Origin: Utricularia gibba
Lineage: Eukaryota; Plantae; Magnoliophyta
Assembly: GCA_002189035.1 (NCBI GenBank)
Contig: NEEC01000004.1
Location: 4,960,001-5,024,000, forward strand
Direction: 5' to 3'
Length of the DNA: 64,000 bases
Position numbers and translations under genes: made by a program. Each line of letters begins with the position of its first letter. Position 1 is the first letter of the stretch. Under the pieces are notes generated by a model. The model worked only from the letters and a program-made list of their open reading frames with translations. It made no database searches and had not been told where the DNA came from. This document shows positions 1-13,312 of the stretch, piece after piece.

Positions 1-283
1 AAAGTAGATAAACGGTGGATCCGAGGACGATGGAAAAACCATAGCATAGAATATAAACGGGATCCAAGTTTAGAGATTCCCAGACACCGATCATCCCCTC
101 CACCCCGAGACGGCTGAGCTTGGCGGCCACGGCTCCGGCCAGCGGAATCAACAAGAGGGTGAAGAAGTTATTGATGACATACTGGTAACACAACTTGGGG
201 TACTTCTTCTTCGTTGATGCAGCGGCGGGAGCCATTCTTGTTGTTGCTGTTTGATTCTCCCTATCGGGCGCAAACGGGAACAT
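1..283 (-). CDS. KCS6: 3-ketoacyl-CoA synthase, KCS5/6 (CER6)-like, array copy 1; 5' part only, runs off the left edge
   Basis: Manual translation from the ATG at 283 gives MFPFAPDRENQTATTRMAPAAASTKKKYPKLCYQYVINNFFTLLLIPLAGAVAAKLSRLGVEGMIGVWESLNLDPVYILCYGFSIVLGSTVYLL, nearly identical to the N-terminus of copy 2. Confidence 0.9.
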   Translation of the reverse strand, partial: MFPFAPDRENQTATTRMAPAAASTKKKYPKLCYQYVINNFFTLLLIPLAGAVAAKLSRLGVEGMIGVWESLNLDPVYILCYGFSIVLGSTVYLL

Positions 284-1446
284 GATACTTAAAGACCCAA
301 ACCAAAACCAATGTTTTCCGTTGCATTAAATGGAGAGTTGGGAGTTTGAATTCCAATGACTCATTCCAACACAAAACATCATTTGCTTTTATTTATTTAT
401 TTATTTTTACCGAAAAAATATAGATATATTTAATTATTAAAACAAAATAAGTATTGGTTGTGGGTTGGTTTAATTTACATTCATGCCCCTATCTGGTGTT
501 CCCTATCATACCTATTTGCAAATGTAATAGTATTGTAATACTTGATTGAGTCCAACCTAAAAAAATCACAAAATACTCTAATCTATATCTAAAACATTCA
601 ATTTAATCTATGATATTATTAATGTTATAATACAAAATAACGACAAAATGTGTATTATTATTATTTCTCGAAAATCAATTCTCCAAAGAAGTGATAAAAT
701 CAAATGGGAGGCTTCTTTTTTTATAACATGAACCACCCACTTCTACGGTTATTAGTATCACTCTTGAGGTTGGTGTCCAACATAAATGGATGTGGGGTTT
801 TCTTCACCAATCAACAAGAAACAAATGCTACGTCACGCCACATCGACATATTTATGTGCCCATCCAACACCTTGTACCATGTGTTACGTACAAACCTGGG
901 GTAAACATGCACACACAGACACACACAAAGAGAGACATCTTAGGTAAATCGAAACGTCGGCAAACATGTCCAAAGTGGCGATGCCTGATGTTCGATTCCC
1001 GCTTTGTAATGAACGTTCATAGAACATGATGTTACATTAGACTCCCGAATCGAAAGTGGGCTCCTTTAGGGTTACGCAGTACCTCTGAATGGATGTGAAA
1101 TATGAGGTTACCTGCATTTAATTGTACATATCTGGCTTAGTATATAGTTTTAATGATTATTGGCTAATGTGATTCTTCTTTTTTTTTTCATAAAAATAAA
1201 ACATTATGCTTAAAATAACTAGTTTTTTGCCACATATATTACAGGATTATCAGATTTGTAAATAACTCGAAGAGGACGATTTCTCTCTTAAGAGTAAAGA
1301 AAGTAGTGTTTGGTTCTTTTGCAATAGATGTTATTTTGTAAAAATGTTTGGAAATCAATTTCGCAATTAAATAAGTAAAAAGTTAAAAATATTTTTTATT
1401 TCTAAAAGAAGACTACAGAGATAAGTTCTTATCTTATGAGAATAAT

Positions 1447-2606
1447 TTTGATTTATTGTCATGTTTCTTTAAAATTATTCAACATTCTATTTCCCAATGA
1501 TTTATTCTCTATAGTCATATTTCTTTATTATTTCGATGATTCCTAAAAGCTTTCAGGCTTAGATATGTTTTATGTAAGGATCTAATGAGTTGTCACACTT
1601 GATCCAACCATCTGGTGAGCACCCTCGTTGCACATTCTTCAATAAAAAAAAGTTTAATTGTGACAAGAAATTTAAAAATAGGGTAGCATGCATTATTAAG
1701 TTCGCCTGGTCGTCCCTAAAAATGACGATTATCCACCCTGAACGCGACCAAACACCAAAAACAATTTTGATTGGGCCGTCACGTAGAAGACCGTTCTTTC
1801 AACTAGTCCCCGATAGAAACATCAACATGATATCCCATCTTCCTAACTATTTGGTATTAAACCAAACAATCTCATATTAAGATTAATCAGTTGCATCTAA
1901 TTTTTTCTAATCATATCATTAATTTCTACATTTTAGAACATGAAATAACTTAGAAATAATTAAATCAAGGATGATGGACGCGTTTCGTAACATGAAGTGA
2001 TAATCATATAGTATGTGATTTTGTAAAAATGTTTGAAAATCAATTTTACAATTATATAGAGTGATTTCTACTTCAAAACAAGTAAAAAATTTATAAATAT
2101 ATTTTTTATTTCTAAAAAGAATACAGAGATGGGTTTCTATCTTATGAGAATCATTATTCGACCAAATGAAATCCTAAAAAATAATGATAAATATGATCAT
2201 ATTTGTAAATGATCCCGAAACAATCTCAAATTTGATTTATTGTCATGTTTCTTTAAAATTATTCAACATTCTATTTCCCAATGATTTATTCTCTATAGTC
2301 ATATTTCTTTATTATTTCGATGATTCCTAAAAGCTTTCAGGCTTAGATATGTTTTATGTAAGGATCTAATGAGTTGTCACACTTGATCCAACCATCTGGT
2401 GAGCACCCTCGTTGCACATTCTTCAATAAAAAAAGTTTAATTGTGACAAGAAATTTAAAAATAGGGTAGCATGCATTATTAAGTTCGCCTGGTCGTCCCT
2501 AAAAATGACGATTATCCACCCTGAACGCGACCAAACACCAAAAACAATTTTGATTGGGCCGTCACGTAGAAGACCGTTCTTTCAACTAGTCCCCGATAGA
2601 AACATC
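1447..2606. repeat. Near-perfect direct repeat (1447-1823 / 2231-2606, period 784 bp) forming a permuted copy of 7441-8224
   Basis: The two ~377-bp arms are identical except for one A in a poly-A run. The DNA between them matches 8041-8232 joined to 7441-7663. Confidence 0.95.
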
Positions 2607-3508
2607 TAAAAGATACCCCATCTTTGGAGTTGTTTGGTATTAAAAAAAACAATATCACATGGTATTTTAAATTGAAATAATCAATTATATAAGAAATTAC
2701 ATGTGACTAATAATTAATTGGATTTAATTTTTTTTATTATAATTTATGTTTCTTATATACTTGAACTTCACATGGATATTCGTCTGAGATCCATCAAATC
2801 TTTAATTTAAATATAGTATCTTAGTATTTATCTAATGTTTGGGTGGCTAAGATGGGTTTCATATTGATCTTAGTCCTGATTAAAAAAAAAAAGAAATGCA
2901 TTAAACTTTAGTGACAAAAATTAGATGGATATATTATCTAGGCATTATTCTCAATCATATAAGAAGAAATAAAAATATTAATAAAATCAAAGACTAGTTT
3001 GACTTGAGAACAAGTATTAGATCAAACTAACTTGTATCATGATTTAAAAGTGAAATAGTAAAATATATAATAAATTATAAATCATTAATCATCGATTGAA
3101 TTTAATCTTTTTAAATATAATCTATGTTTATTATATACTTAAAGTTCACGTGTGTACTCGTACTCATCAAATTCTTAATTTCTACATTTTAGAGCATGAA
3201 ACAATTCAGATAATTAAATCAAGGATGACCGACTCGTTTGGTAATACGAAGTGAAAATCATATAGCATGATTTTGTGTACTTAATTGGAGGTTTATGTAT
3301 TAGGTAATAATAGTTGCATATGCGAGAAAATAATATATTAAATGAATATGAATGAAAATTTTCTTTATTAAATGTTTAAAATAATCATATAAGATATATT
3401 AAATTTTATGTTTAGAATTACATATTTCTATTTTTTTATCGTAAAATATAAAAATACATATTGGGTGATACAACCTAACCGTCTCGTTAATAATTAATTG
3501 CTAACAAC

Positions 3509-3684
3509 CAGAGGCGGATCTAAGCAGGGGCTAAACTGGGCTTCAGCCCAGTCCAAAATTTTTTTAAAAAATTATTATTAAAATATAAAAGAGTTAATAT
3601 ATTTTAAATTTGTTTTACTATAAAATTTTATTTTATTAATTTTCAATTAACACCCCCTATAAATTTGATCAACATCCGCTGCTA
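3509..3684. mobile_element. hAT-type MITE, 176 bp
   Basis: 8-bp direct repeat CTAACAAC at 3501-3508 and 3685-3692. Imperfect TIRs CAGAGGCGGAT / ATCCGCTGCTA. The element is absent from the paralogous spacer near 8450-8470. Confidence 0.75.
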
Positions 3685-3983
3685 CTAACAACATAAATAA
3701 TACTATTATACTAAAATTTAATATGTTATTGAAATATATTTTTATCTGAGCATGTTATTAATATAGGGCTTAATCACCCACGTTTCTTATTCAAAAAGGG
3801 CATGTGGGCCAGGGTTATCTTCTAGAAGCTTAATCGAACGGATAAACAAAATTATATGGATGTTGTTCATTTGCAATATTGGAAAATTAGAAGATAACTT
3901 TGGTTATACAAAACACTACTATAACTAAATCAAACTCAGTCAATTGCACATATATTGTTCATGGATTAACTTTGTGGTAGGTA

Positions 3984-4400
3984 CCAGATAGCCGTTAGAG
4001 ATATTATGATTAGGAGCTGTAATTAGGATATCAGCGAGTGATTAGGCACGAATAATTGCAAAATTAGTAACCATGAAGTTGGAGTGTTTGGAATTTCGCA
4101 ATTAGTTATGTTGAATTATTTATAAAACGCACAATGGATTTATTCAAAAATTTCGGTCTGGAATAATTTTGAATATTAATTTTAATGATTTTTATGTATG
4201 TCCCAAATAGAAAAATAGTTATTTCAATTCTGGTTTGGTATTTTTAGTTATATATTTATATTAAAAATAATATAATATTCTTTTTTCGTATAAATAAAAA
4301 AATTTCATCCAATTATTATTAATCAATCAACTATATTTCATTCATTCATATCTCTTTATTAAAATAGTTTTTAATATATTCAACTGTCGTAATCAAATAC
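3984..4400 (+). repeat. Remnant of the HD-Zip 3' flank; the HD-Zip coding part is deleted in this unit
   Basis: CAGATAGCCGTTAG...TATGATTAGGAGCTGTAATT...TTAGTAACCATGAA...TTGAATTATTTATAAAAC aligns with the DNA right after the HD-Zip stop codon at 44300-44700. Confidence 0.75.
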
Positions 4401-4716
4401 ATTCAATATGTAGATTATGGTTTTAAAAAATGGATTCAATTATTTAGTTCAAAAAAATATATAAATAAACTCTAAACTTTCGTCTGTGAACGTTTGAACA
4501 TCGGAAAAATTTCCGGTGCTCAAAAGGTGGTTGCATGGTGATTGGCCGGGGGCGGAAAGATAACGTAAATGTTGCAAATCACTGAGGAAGTAGAGACGAG
4601 ATTTGGTGGGTAACGAGACAAGGAGAAAATGTAAAAGCACACCACTTTATTTATTTTCCGACAAAGTAAGTATTGCAGAATTCGACGGAGTATCGGGCTT
4701 CAGGGGCCCGCACGAA

Positions 4717-6246
4717 CTACAGCTTCACAACTTCTGGAATGGGGACCGGATATTTATCAATGCAATCCTTCCAGGGACCGTCCACCGGAGTTTTAATCGT
4801 GCGGTTGCATTTCCAGATCGCACTATTGCATTTAAACCCACTTCCAAACCCGATTTGCCAAACCTTGTTACCCTTCTTCATCCTCCCTTTAGCCTCTATA
4901 TAAGCGAGCTCATACCAAATCGAAGACGACGACGTATTCCCGAACCGGTGGAGCGCCATACGGGATGGTTCGACGTGCTCCGGCGAGAGCTGGAGACTTT
5001 TCTGCAACTCATCGATCACTGCCCGGCCGCCGGCGTGGATGCAGAAGTGATCGAAGGCTTGTTTGAAGTCAGGGGTGTAGAGCTTCCATGTAGGGTCGAT
5101 CATCTTTCTTCCTATGAAGGAAAGCGCGAATAAGAGCTTCTCCGACGGTGGAAGTGCTAGAGGTCCAATAGTAACTATGTTCGACTTCAGCGCTCTTCCG
5201 GCGGTGACCATCAAGTCCTTTGACAAGTGTACGCCTACATGGCCTTTTGAGTCTTCTTGCTGGAATACGCATCTGTAGGAGCTGTCATCGGCACCCTTAT
5301 GGGTTCGGACGACGTGGAGGAGTTTGTACTTCGCACGGCGGCGGTCGCTGGCCTTGTTGGAGAGGAGCATGGCAGCGGCGCCCATGCGAAAGATGCAGAT
5401 GGGTAAGAGCATGGCTCTATCCGACCCTTCGTAGTTATTAGGAGTGATGATTTCCGTACTAACAACAAGTGCATAGGAATTGGGATGCGCCTGAAGCAGA
5501 TCCTTAGCTAAATCAATCGATATCACACCAGCGCTGCACCCCATCCCCGAAAGATTGAAGCTCTTGATGTTACTCCTGAGCTTGTACTTATTCACGATCA
5601 TCGCTGATAACGACGGCGTCGGCGAGAATATGCTGCAGTTGACGATCAAGATATCAATGTCCCTTGGCTTGAGACCTGTTTTCCTCATTAAATTATCGAT
5701 CGCAGAGAACATGACCAGTTCAGCTTCCTCCCGAGCATTCTCCATCGTTGGTTTGGGCGGGATGTAGTGTACCGCCGGTGGCAAGGATGTTTCTTCTCCA
5801 AGTCCCGATCGTTCCACAATCTTCATCATGAAATCCACCTCATCAGGGCTAAATCTCTGAACAAGGTGCGCATGTTCCATGAACGTGGCATAAGGAACTC
5901 TGAAAGTGATGGGCGGCTTGAAACAACCGAAGTCCACCAGATAAATAGAACGTGGCTTCGAAAGTAGATAAACGGTGGATGCGAGGACGATGGAAAAACC
6001 ATAGCATAGAATATAAACGGGATCCAAGTTTAGAGATTCCCAGACACCGATCATCCCCGCCACCCCGAGACGGTTGAGCTTGGCGGCCACGGCTCCGGCG
6101 AGCGGAATCAACAAGAGGGTGAAGAAGTTATTGATGGCATACTGGTAACACAACATGAGGTACTTCTTCTTCGTTGATGCTGAAAGGGGAGCCGCCATTG
6201 TGGTGGTTTCTGTTTGATCTTCCCTACCGGCGGCAAACGGGAGCAT
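4717..6246 (-). CDS. KCS6: 3-ketoacyl-CoA synthase, KCS5/6 (CER6)-like, copy 2, intact (509 aa)
   Basis: Two N-terminal hydrophobic segments. Catalytic motifs GMGCSAG, FCIHAGG and [12 protein letters not shown]-terminus [31 protein letters not shown] matches CER6/KCS6. Confidence 0.95.
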   Translation of the reverse strand: MLPFAAGREDQTETTTMAAPLSASTKKKYLMLCYQYAINNFFTLLLIPLAGAVAAKLNRLGVAGMIGVWESLNLDPVYILCYGFSIVLASTVYLLSKPRSIYLVDFGCFKPPITFRVPYATFMEHAHLVQRFSPDEVDFMMKIVERSGLGEETSLPPAVHYIPPKPTMENAREEAELVMFSAIDNLMRKTGLKPRDIDILIVNCSIFSPTPSLSAMIVNKYKLRSNIKSFNLSGMGCSAGVISIDLAKDLLQAHPNSYALVVSTEIITPNNYEGSDRAMLLPICIFRMGAAAMLLSNKASDRRRAKYKLLHVVRTHKGADDSSYRCVFQQEDSKGHVGVHLSKDLMVTAGRALKSNIVTIGPLALPPSEKLLFALSFIGRKMIDPTWKLYTPDFKQAFDHFCIHAGGRAVIDELQKSLQLSPEHVEPSRMALHRFGNTSSSSIWYELAYIEAKGRMKKGNKVWQIGFGSGFKCNSAIWKCNRTIKTPVDGPWKDCIDKYPVPIPEVVKL

Positions 6247-6795
6247 GATATTTAAAGACCAAAAGCAAAACCGAAGTTTTCCATTGCATTAAATGGAGAG
6301 TTGGGAGTTTGAATTCCAATCACTCGTTCCAACACAAAAGTATTTATTTATTTATTTATTTTTAACGAAAAATATATAGATATATTTTGATTATAAATAA
6401 AAAAATAAGTCTTACTTCTTACACACATCCAATTTGCTCCCTATGTTGGTTTAATTTCCATTCATGCCCCTACCTTGTGTTCCATATCATACTTATTTGC
6501 AAATGTAATAGCATTGTAATATAACCTATACAACTCACAAAATGCTCTAACCTATATCTAAAACATTCGATTTAATATATAACATTATTCATTTTATAAT
6601 ACAAAATAACGACAAAATGTATATTATCATTATTTCTCGAAACAAGTGATAAAATCAAACGGCAGCCTTGTTTTTTGTTTTTTTTATAACAACAACCACC
6701 CACTTCTACGATTATTAGTATCACTGTTGAGGTTGGTATCCAACATAAATGGATGTGGGGTTGTCTTCACCAATCAACCAGAAACAAATGATATC

Positions 6796-7015
6796 TGATT
6801 GTTATTTAAAATTTTTGAAACATATTTATATTTTTCAAAAAATAAAAATAATTTTGTTCTAAAACACTAACAATTATAAAAATAATTCTATCAAAAAATA
6901 CTTTTGAAATTATACTATAAAAGTTACTTTTGAAAAAGTAAATAATATGTTACTTTTAATTATTATTTTTACTTTTCTAAAATAATTTTAAAAAAGTAAA
7001 AATAGATTCTAGCTT
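6796..7015. mobile_element. AT-rich 220-bp insertion flanked by ATATC direct repeats (possible decayed MITE)
   Basis: Absent from the paralogous spacers at ~825 and ~38945. ATATC at 6791-6795 and 7016-7020. No clear TIR. Confidence 0.45.
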
Positions 7016-7440
7016 ATATCATACCACATCAACATATTTGTGTGTCCATCCAACTACTTGTACCATGTGTCACGCACAAACCTGGGGTCAACATGCACGA
7101 ACATTCACATAATGAGAGACATCTTTACCTTATGTTCGATTCCTGTTTTGTAATGAACGTACATAGAACATGATGTTACATCAGGCTCCTTTAGGGTTAC
7201 GCAGTACCTCTGAGTGGGTGTGAAATATGAGGTTACCTGCATTTAATTGTACATATCTGGCTTAGTATATAGTTTTAATGATTGTTAGTTAATGTGATTC
7301 TTCGTTTTTTCATTAAAACGAAAAAAATGTGCTAAAAATAACTAATTTCTGACCCATATATCATAGGATAATCAGATTTGTAAATAACTTGAATGAGAAG
7401 ATGATTTTTTTTTCTCAAAGTAGTGTTTGGTTCTTTTGCA

Positions 7441-8232
7441 ATAGTATGTGATTTTGTAAAAATGTTTGAAAATCAATTTTACAATTATATAGAGTGATTT
7501 CTACTTCAAAACAAGTAAAAAATTTATAAATATATTTTTTATTTCTAAAAAGAATACAGAGATGGGTTTCTATCTTATGAGAATCATTATTCGACCAAAT
7601 GAAATCCTAAAAAATAATGATAAATATGATCATATTTGTAAATGATCCCGAAACAATCTCAAATTTGATTTATTGTCATGTTTCTTTAAAATTATTCAAC
7701 ATTCTATTTCCCAATGATTTATTCTCTATAGTCATATTTCTTTATTATTTCGATGATTCCTAAAAGCTTTCAGGCTTAGATATGTTTTATGTAAGGATCT
7801 AATGAGTTGTCACACTTGATCCAACCATCTGGTGAGCACCCTCGTTGCACATTCTTCAATAAAAAAAAGTTTAATTGTGACAAGAAATTTAAAAATAGGG
7901 TAGCATGCATTATTAAGTTCGCCTGGTCGTCCCTAAAAATGACGATTATCCACCCTGAACGCGACCAAACACCAAAAACAATTTTGATTGGGCCGTCACG
8001 TAGAAGACCGTTCTTTCAACTAGTCCCCGATAGAAACATCAACATGATATCCCATCTTCCTAACTATTTGGTATTAAACCAAACAATCTCATATTAAGAT
8101 TAATCAGTTGCATCTAATTTTTTCTAATCATATCATTAATTTCTACATTTTAGAACATGAAATAACTTAGAAATAATTAAATCAAGGATGATGGACGCGT
8201 TTCGTAACATGAAGTGATAATCATATAGTATG
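7441..8232. repeat. Source segment of the permuted 784-bp copy, bounded by 8-bp ATAGTATG direct repeats
   Basis: ATAGTATG at 7441-7448 and 8225-8232. The same octamer forms the tail-to-head junction at 2008-2015. Confidence 0.9.
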
Positions 8233-9335
8233 ATTATGTGTACTTTATTGAAGGTTTATGTACAGTTTATCAGGTAATAATAGTTGCATATGCGAGAAAA
8301 TAATATATTAAACGAATATGAATGAAAAATTTCTTTATTTAATGTTTTAAATGATTATATAAGATATATTAAATTTTATATTTAGAATTAGATATTTTTT
8401 TATCTTAAAAAATAAAAATACGTGTTCGGTGATGCAACGTAGCCGCCTCATTAATAATTAATAACATAAATGATAATATTATATGAAAATTTAATATATT
8501 ATTGAAATCAATTTTTATCTAAGCATGTTATGAATAGGAGGGTTTAATCACCCACGTTTCTTTTTCAAAAAGGGCATGTGGACCAGGGTGACCTTCTTGA
8601 AGTTTAACCAAGCGAATAAATAAAATAATATCGATATTATTTATTTAGAACACCCAAAAATTAGAACATATCTTTGATTGTACAAAATTTATTATAACTA
8701 AATCAATCTACGCAATCGATTGCACAGATATTGTTCATGGTTTAATTTTGCGGTAGGTTGAGGCCAATACTAAAATCAAGCATTGAAACCTGAAATGAGA
8801 TTTGAATTACAATTAGAATCCATGATTTTTTTGTATTCAATTCAATAATTTTTATAAAAGTTAAAAATTTTGAAATTTAAAAACATTAAATTTAGATTAT
8901 TATTATTGTTATTATTATTCATTTCAAAATGAATTGAATATTATGAGAACTCACCTTATCAAAAAAAAAAGGAGTTCCATTCCTTGCTCCTATTACTAAT
9001 TTTAATGCAATTATTGCACACTTCTTCCATATAATTTCAAATAATCTGAAATATTTTTTTTACTAAAACATAAATCATTATTGTTTCTAAGTAGTCAAAC
9101 ATTTTAATTATAAATTAATTTTGCATGTCACACATACGTGGCATCATTCGATCCATGCGTGACATTTTCCAAACTTTTCAAACTTATGTGAGGTTTGGTA
9201 TACTATTTGGAAGATCTTTCCAAGCAGTTGACGATGGAGCGTGACCGTCCGATCATCTGAAAATTTTCCGGTGCTCAAAAAGTGATTGCATGGTAATTCA
9301 GCGGGAACGGAAAGATAACCGAAAGGTTGCAAATC

Positions 9336-9657
9336 TGAAAGAATAAATTTTTGGAAGAATCACAATGTTTTGATAGATAAAATTCACCACACAAATGTTA
9401 TAATCAAACTACAGATAAATAGAGGATTTTTGATAGTTTCCGATCCATAGTTTTTACCTTGACTGGTGCTCTTCATTTAGAAGGTTCTTCACTTTCCTTT
9501 AGCAGCATGCGGATTACTCTTCACTTTGCCACGATTGATGCTACTTGGGCCATTCTTCAATTTACCATATTCCAATAGAAAGAGTTCATCCTTATCTCCC
9601 CTCTCCTTATCACTCCTTTCCTCAATCTTATTACTTCCTTTAATCTCTCTTTCAACA
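9336..9657 (-). repeat. 3' LTR of the copia element (322 bp, TGTTG...TTTCA on the minus strand)
   Basis: TG...CA ends, preceded on the minus strand by the PPT AGTTTGAGAGAGGG (9658-9671). Bases 9337-9396 match 14374-14433 at 58/60. Confidence 0.85.
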
Positions 9658-9752
9658 CCCTCTCTCAAACTTGGCTTGGGTTGAAGGCCTAATTTGCTTC
9701 TGAGGAAAAACTGCCTCTTAGTTGGCATTCTTTTGGTAAAGAGATCTGCCAC

Positions 9753-12700
9753 TTAGTGTTGTGCTGAAATATGATGAGTTGTTAAATAGCCCAAAGCAAC
9801 CCTCTCTCGCACAAAGTGATAGTCAATCTCAACATGCTTACTTCGGGAGTGAAGAATAGGATTTACTGTCAAGTAGAGTGCACTCAAGTTGTCGCAATAG
9901 AGTCTTGGGGTTTCGTTGAGCATCACACGAATATCCTTCAAGATAAATTGTAGCCATGTAGCCTCAGCTGCAGCATGTGCCATTGCTCTATATTCAGCCT
10001 CTGTACTTGATCTGGACACCGTATGTTGTTTTTTTGAGCTCCAGGAGATTGGATTTTTTCCAAGGACACAATATCCCGTAGTTGCAACTTGCCCAATCAG
10101 CATCAGAGAAGATTTGTAGTTGTAGTGGTGAATCAATATAGAACGTGAGACCCAACTCCAGAGTCCCTTTGATATATCGTAGGATTCTCTCAGCCATGAT
10201 TTTGTGATATGCAGTTGGCGTATGCATAAATTGAGACACAAAGTTCACACTATATATGATATCTGGCCTCGTAAAGGTAAGGTATTGAAGCACTCCTACA
10301 AGTGCTCTGAAGGGAGTGGGATCAGTAAGAGTCTCATCATTTTTTGGGGCAGTAAACTTCGCTGCTTGAGGTGTCAATGCTGGTTTACAGTCACATAGAC
10401 CAAACCTGTGAAGAATAGATAAAGCATAGTGAGCTTGTGAAAGATGAATTCCACTTGTGGTTTTTACCACTTGAACGCCAAGAAAATATTGTAGGTATCC
10501 AAGGTCTTTCATAGCAAATTCCAAGGATAGTTGATCAATTAACTTGGATATCAATTTTGAGGATGACCCTGTAACAATTATATCATCAACATAAAGTAAT
10601 AAAATTAGTGTATCATTACCAACATATGAAATGAAAAGAGATGGATCTACAAGGCTGCAAAAAAATCCAATTTTTAAGAGAAAAGAGCTAAAGCGATCAA
10701 ACCATGCCCTTGGAGCCTGTTTTAGTCCGTACAATGCTCGGTTAAGTTTGCAAACATGTGTAGGAAAATGGATATCCTTCATACTTGGAGGTTGTTCCAT
10801 AAAAATATCCTCAATGATGTGTCCATGTAAGAAAGCATTCTTAACATCGAGTTGGCGTATTTCCCAGCCATTACTTACCCCAATTGACACAATAAGACAT
10901 ATGGTACCTGGGCGAATAACAGGAGAAAAAGTTTCACTATAGTCAATACCATCAATTTGATCATACCCTTTGGCGACAAGGCGAGCTTTTAGGCGATCTA
11001 GTGCTCCATCAGGTTTGAGTTTTGCTTTAAATACCCATTTGCACCCAATGATGTGTTGTGACTCACTCGTGGGACTAGCCTCCATGTATCATTGTCGTGG
11101 AGGGCACCCAGCTCTTCTTCCATGGCTTTTTCCAACCAGGATGTTGAAGTGCCTCTTGAACCGATCTTGGCTCTGCTGGAACTGAGTAATGCACTGCCAT
11201 CTGTAAGGCATACTTTGGGTTGGGTTTAAATATCCCACGTTGTGCTCTTGTTCTCATCCCATGTGTTCTCTGCATAGATAAAGAATCAAGAGATTGTGAG
11301 GGAGTTACCAATTCATTACGCGAGACTGGATCTAACGATGAAATTGCCTCCTCAACACTAGTTATGTTGTTACTGTCGGGTGAAGTGGTGGCAACTACAG
11401 TCTCCCTAGAGGGCATTTCAGTGGTCTGGTTGTTGGTCGAAGTGGTGACAGCCTCTACTCTTGTAGATTGTATTTCATCGACCTGGAGGGTGGCAATTTC
11501 ATCGACCTGGATAGTGGCAGCCTCTCGGTCTGGTGGTTCCTCGATGAGAATTTCCTCATCAACGCTACGAGCATCAGTAAAGTCTAGGCATTCTGTGGCG
11601 GTGTGTTCCCCATCGTACACGTGGTTTGCACCTTGTTGCTGATTTTCTGCATTTGCTCCCTGCTCCAGGCCTAAACCCAAAAACTGTTGCTGCTGCTGAT
11701 TGTCTGAAGTAGCAGTGGTATGATGATGAGACGGCAGCAGAGAGGCTTCTTCTCTCACCCCACCAGGAACAATTGTACTAGTGAATTCAGGCATCTCCGT
11801 TGGGATCTGTTCTTCAGTAGGTACATGATGGTTTATGACAGTAGGTGCTTGCAAATTTCATGCAGCTATCAGGGGACTGTTTTGATGAGGGGGTTCTCTA
11901 GCTGCTGCTCCCGTGGTGAGAGGTTCTGAGTTTTCATTTGACAAGTCCTGCGTCCAGGCATTAAAGATCTTAATGACCAGCTGTGAAGAGGGAGGTGATG
12001 AATTAAGAGGTGAACGAAATGGGAATGATTGTTCATCAAAGATAGCGTGACGAGAGATATGGATTTTTTTGGCTGCTGGGTCATAACATCGGTATCCCTT
12101 ATGGCTGTCGATGTACCCTACAAAGACACATAAAGCTGTTTTTGGTGAGAACTTGTTGCGTTTAGAGTCACATAAATAAGGAAAACATTTTGCACCAAAA
12201 ACTTGAAGACTTGAGTAATCTGGATTTGAATTAAAAAGCATGGAGTAAGGAGAGCCTCTTTTGAGAGAAGGGGAAGGTAGTCGATTCTGTAAGTAGATGA
12301 CTGTTGAAAAAGCTTCAACCCAAAATGAGAGTGGTACTCCACTGTGAAACATCATGGTCATTCCATGCTCTCGTATTGTACGATGCTGTCGTTCCACAAC
12401 GCCCATCTGTTCATGAGTGTAAGGGCAGGAGAAAAAATGTAACATTCATGTTTCTAAGAAGTGAGATCTGAGTGAGTGATTGACAAATTCCCCACCATTA
12501 TCTGTTTGAAGAATTTTAATTTTTGCATTAAACTGCCTAGCTATATAACTTTCAAACTGATAAAAAATGCCAGTAAAATCACTTTTTTTTCTTAATGGAT
12601 AAAACCATAAAAAACGAGAATAATCATCAACAAGACAGGCATAATACAAAAAACCATTACGAGATATAACAGGTGCAGGTCCCCAAAGATCACAATAAAC

Positions 12701-13312
12701 CCTTTCAAACATATTTTTTGAAACTGAATCTGAATTAGAAAATGGAAGTTTGGATAACTTCCCATACTAGCAGCTGTCACAAAAAATAGATGAACTTGGT
12801 TTAATCACATTGATTAACCCTTTATTTTTGAGAAGAGACACCATTGACCCCTGTGAATGTCCAAGTCGTTGATACCAAATCTCAGGCAAACATGACTTAA
12901 AACGCAGGGAAAAGAAAGCTTGTGGAGAGTGTTTATGGACATATAAACCACCACTACGTCTCCCGGTTGCTCGATGAGTTCCCGTGTGTAGATCCTTAAT
13001 AAACAAATCAATATCAGTGAATTAACAATTAATTGGTTGCTGGGCTGTCAACTGCGAGACTGAAAGTAAATTCTTTGTCAGTTTTGGGACATACAAAACA
13101 TTCTCTAGAGAGATGGACGAGTTATTTTGCTGTAAAGTAGAATTACCAATACCATGTATCGGTAAATGGGAACCATCTCCAATAACAACACTATCTTCAG
13201 CTGTATATGGGTATAATGCAACACGAGTTGTACCTGCCATGTGATTCGTGGCTCTTGTATCAGCGGTCCAATCCGTTTTGGTGAGGGAGTTATCTAGAGT
13301 GAGCGAAGCCAA
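9753..13312 (-). pseudogene. copia pol (PR, INT, RT, RNase H) broken into fragments
   Basis: ORFs 13022-13312, 12767-13006, 12446-12712, 11858-12445, 11075-11854, 9994-11085 and 9753-10241 carry successive pol motifs separated by in-frame stops or frameshifts. Confidence 0.9.

Noticed and set aside
1590-1880. 96-aa ORF identical to 7807-8097
   Set aside because: It starts at a TTG, has no recognisable domain, and is identical only because it lies in the duplicated spacer. The third copy (2370-2606) is frameshifted and diverged paralogs do not keep the frame.
11472-11519. 24-bp tandem duplication in the copia integrase-RT spacer
   Set aside because: Ordinary low-complexity linker variation in copia pol.
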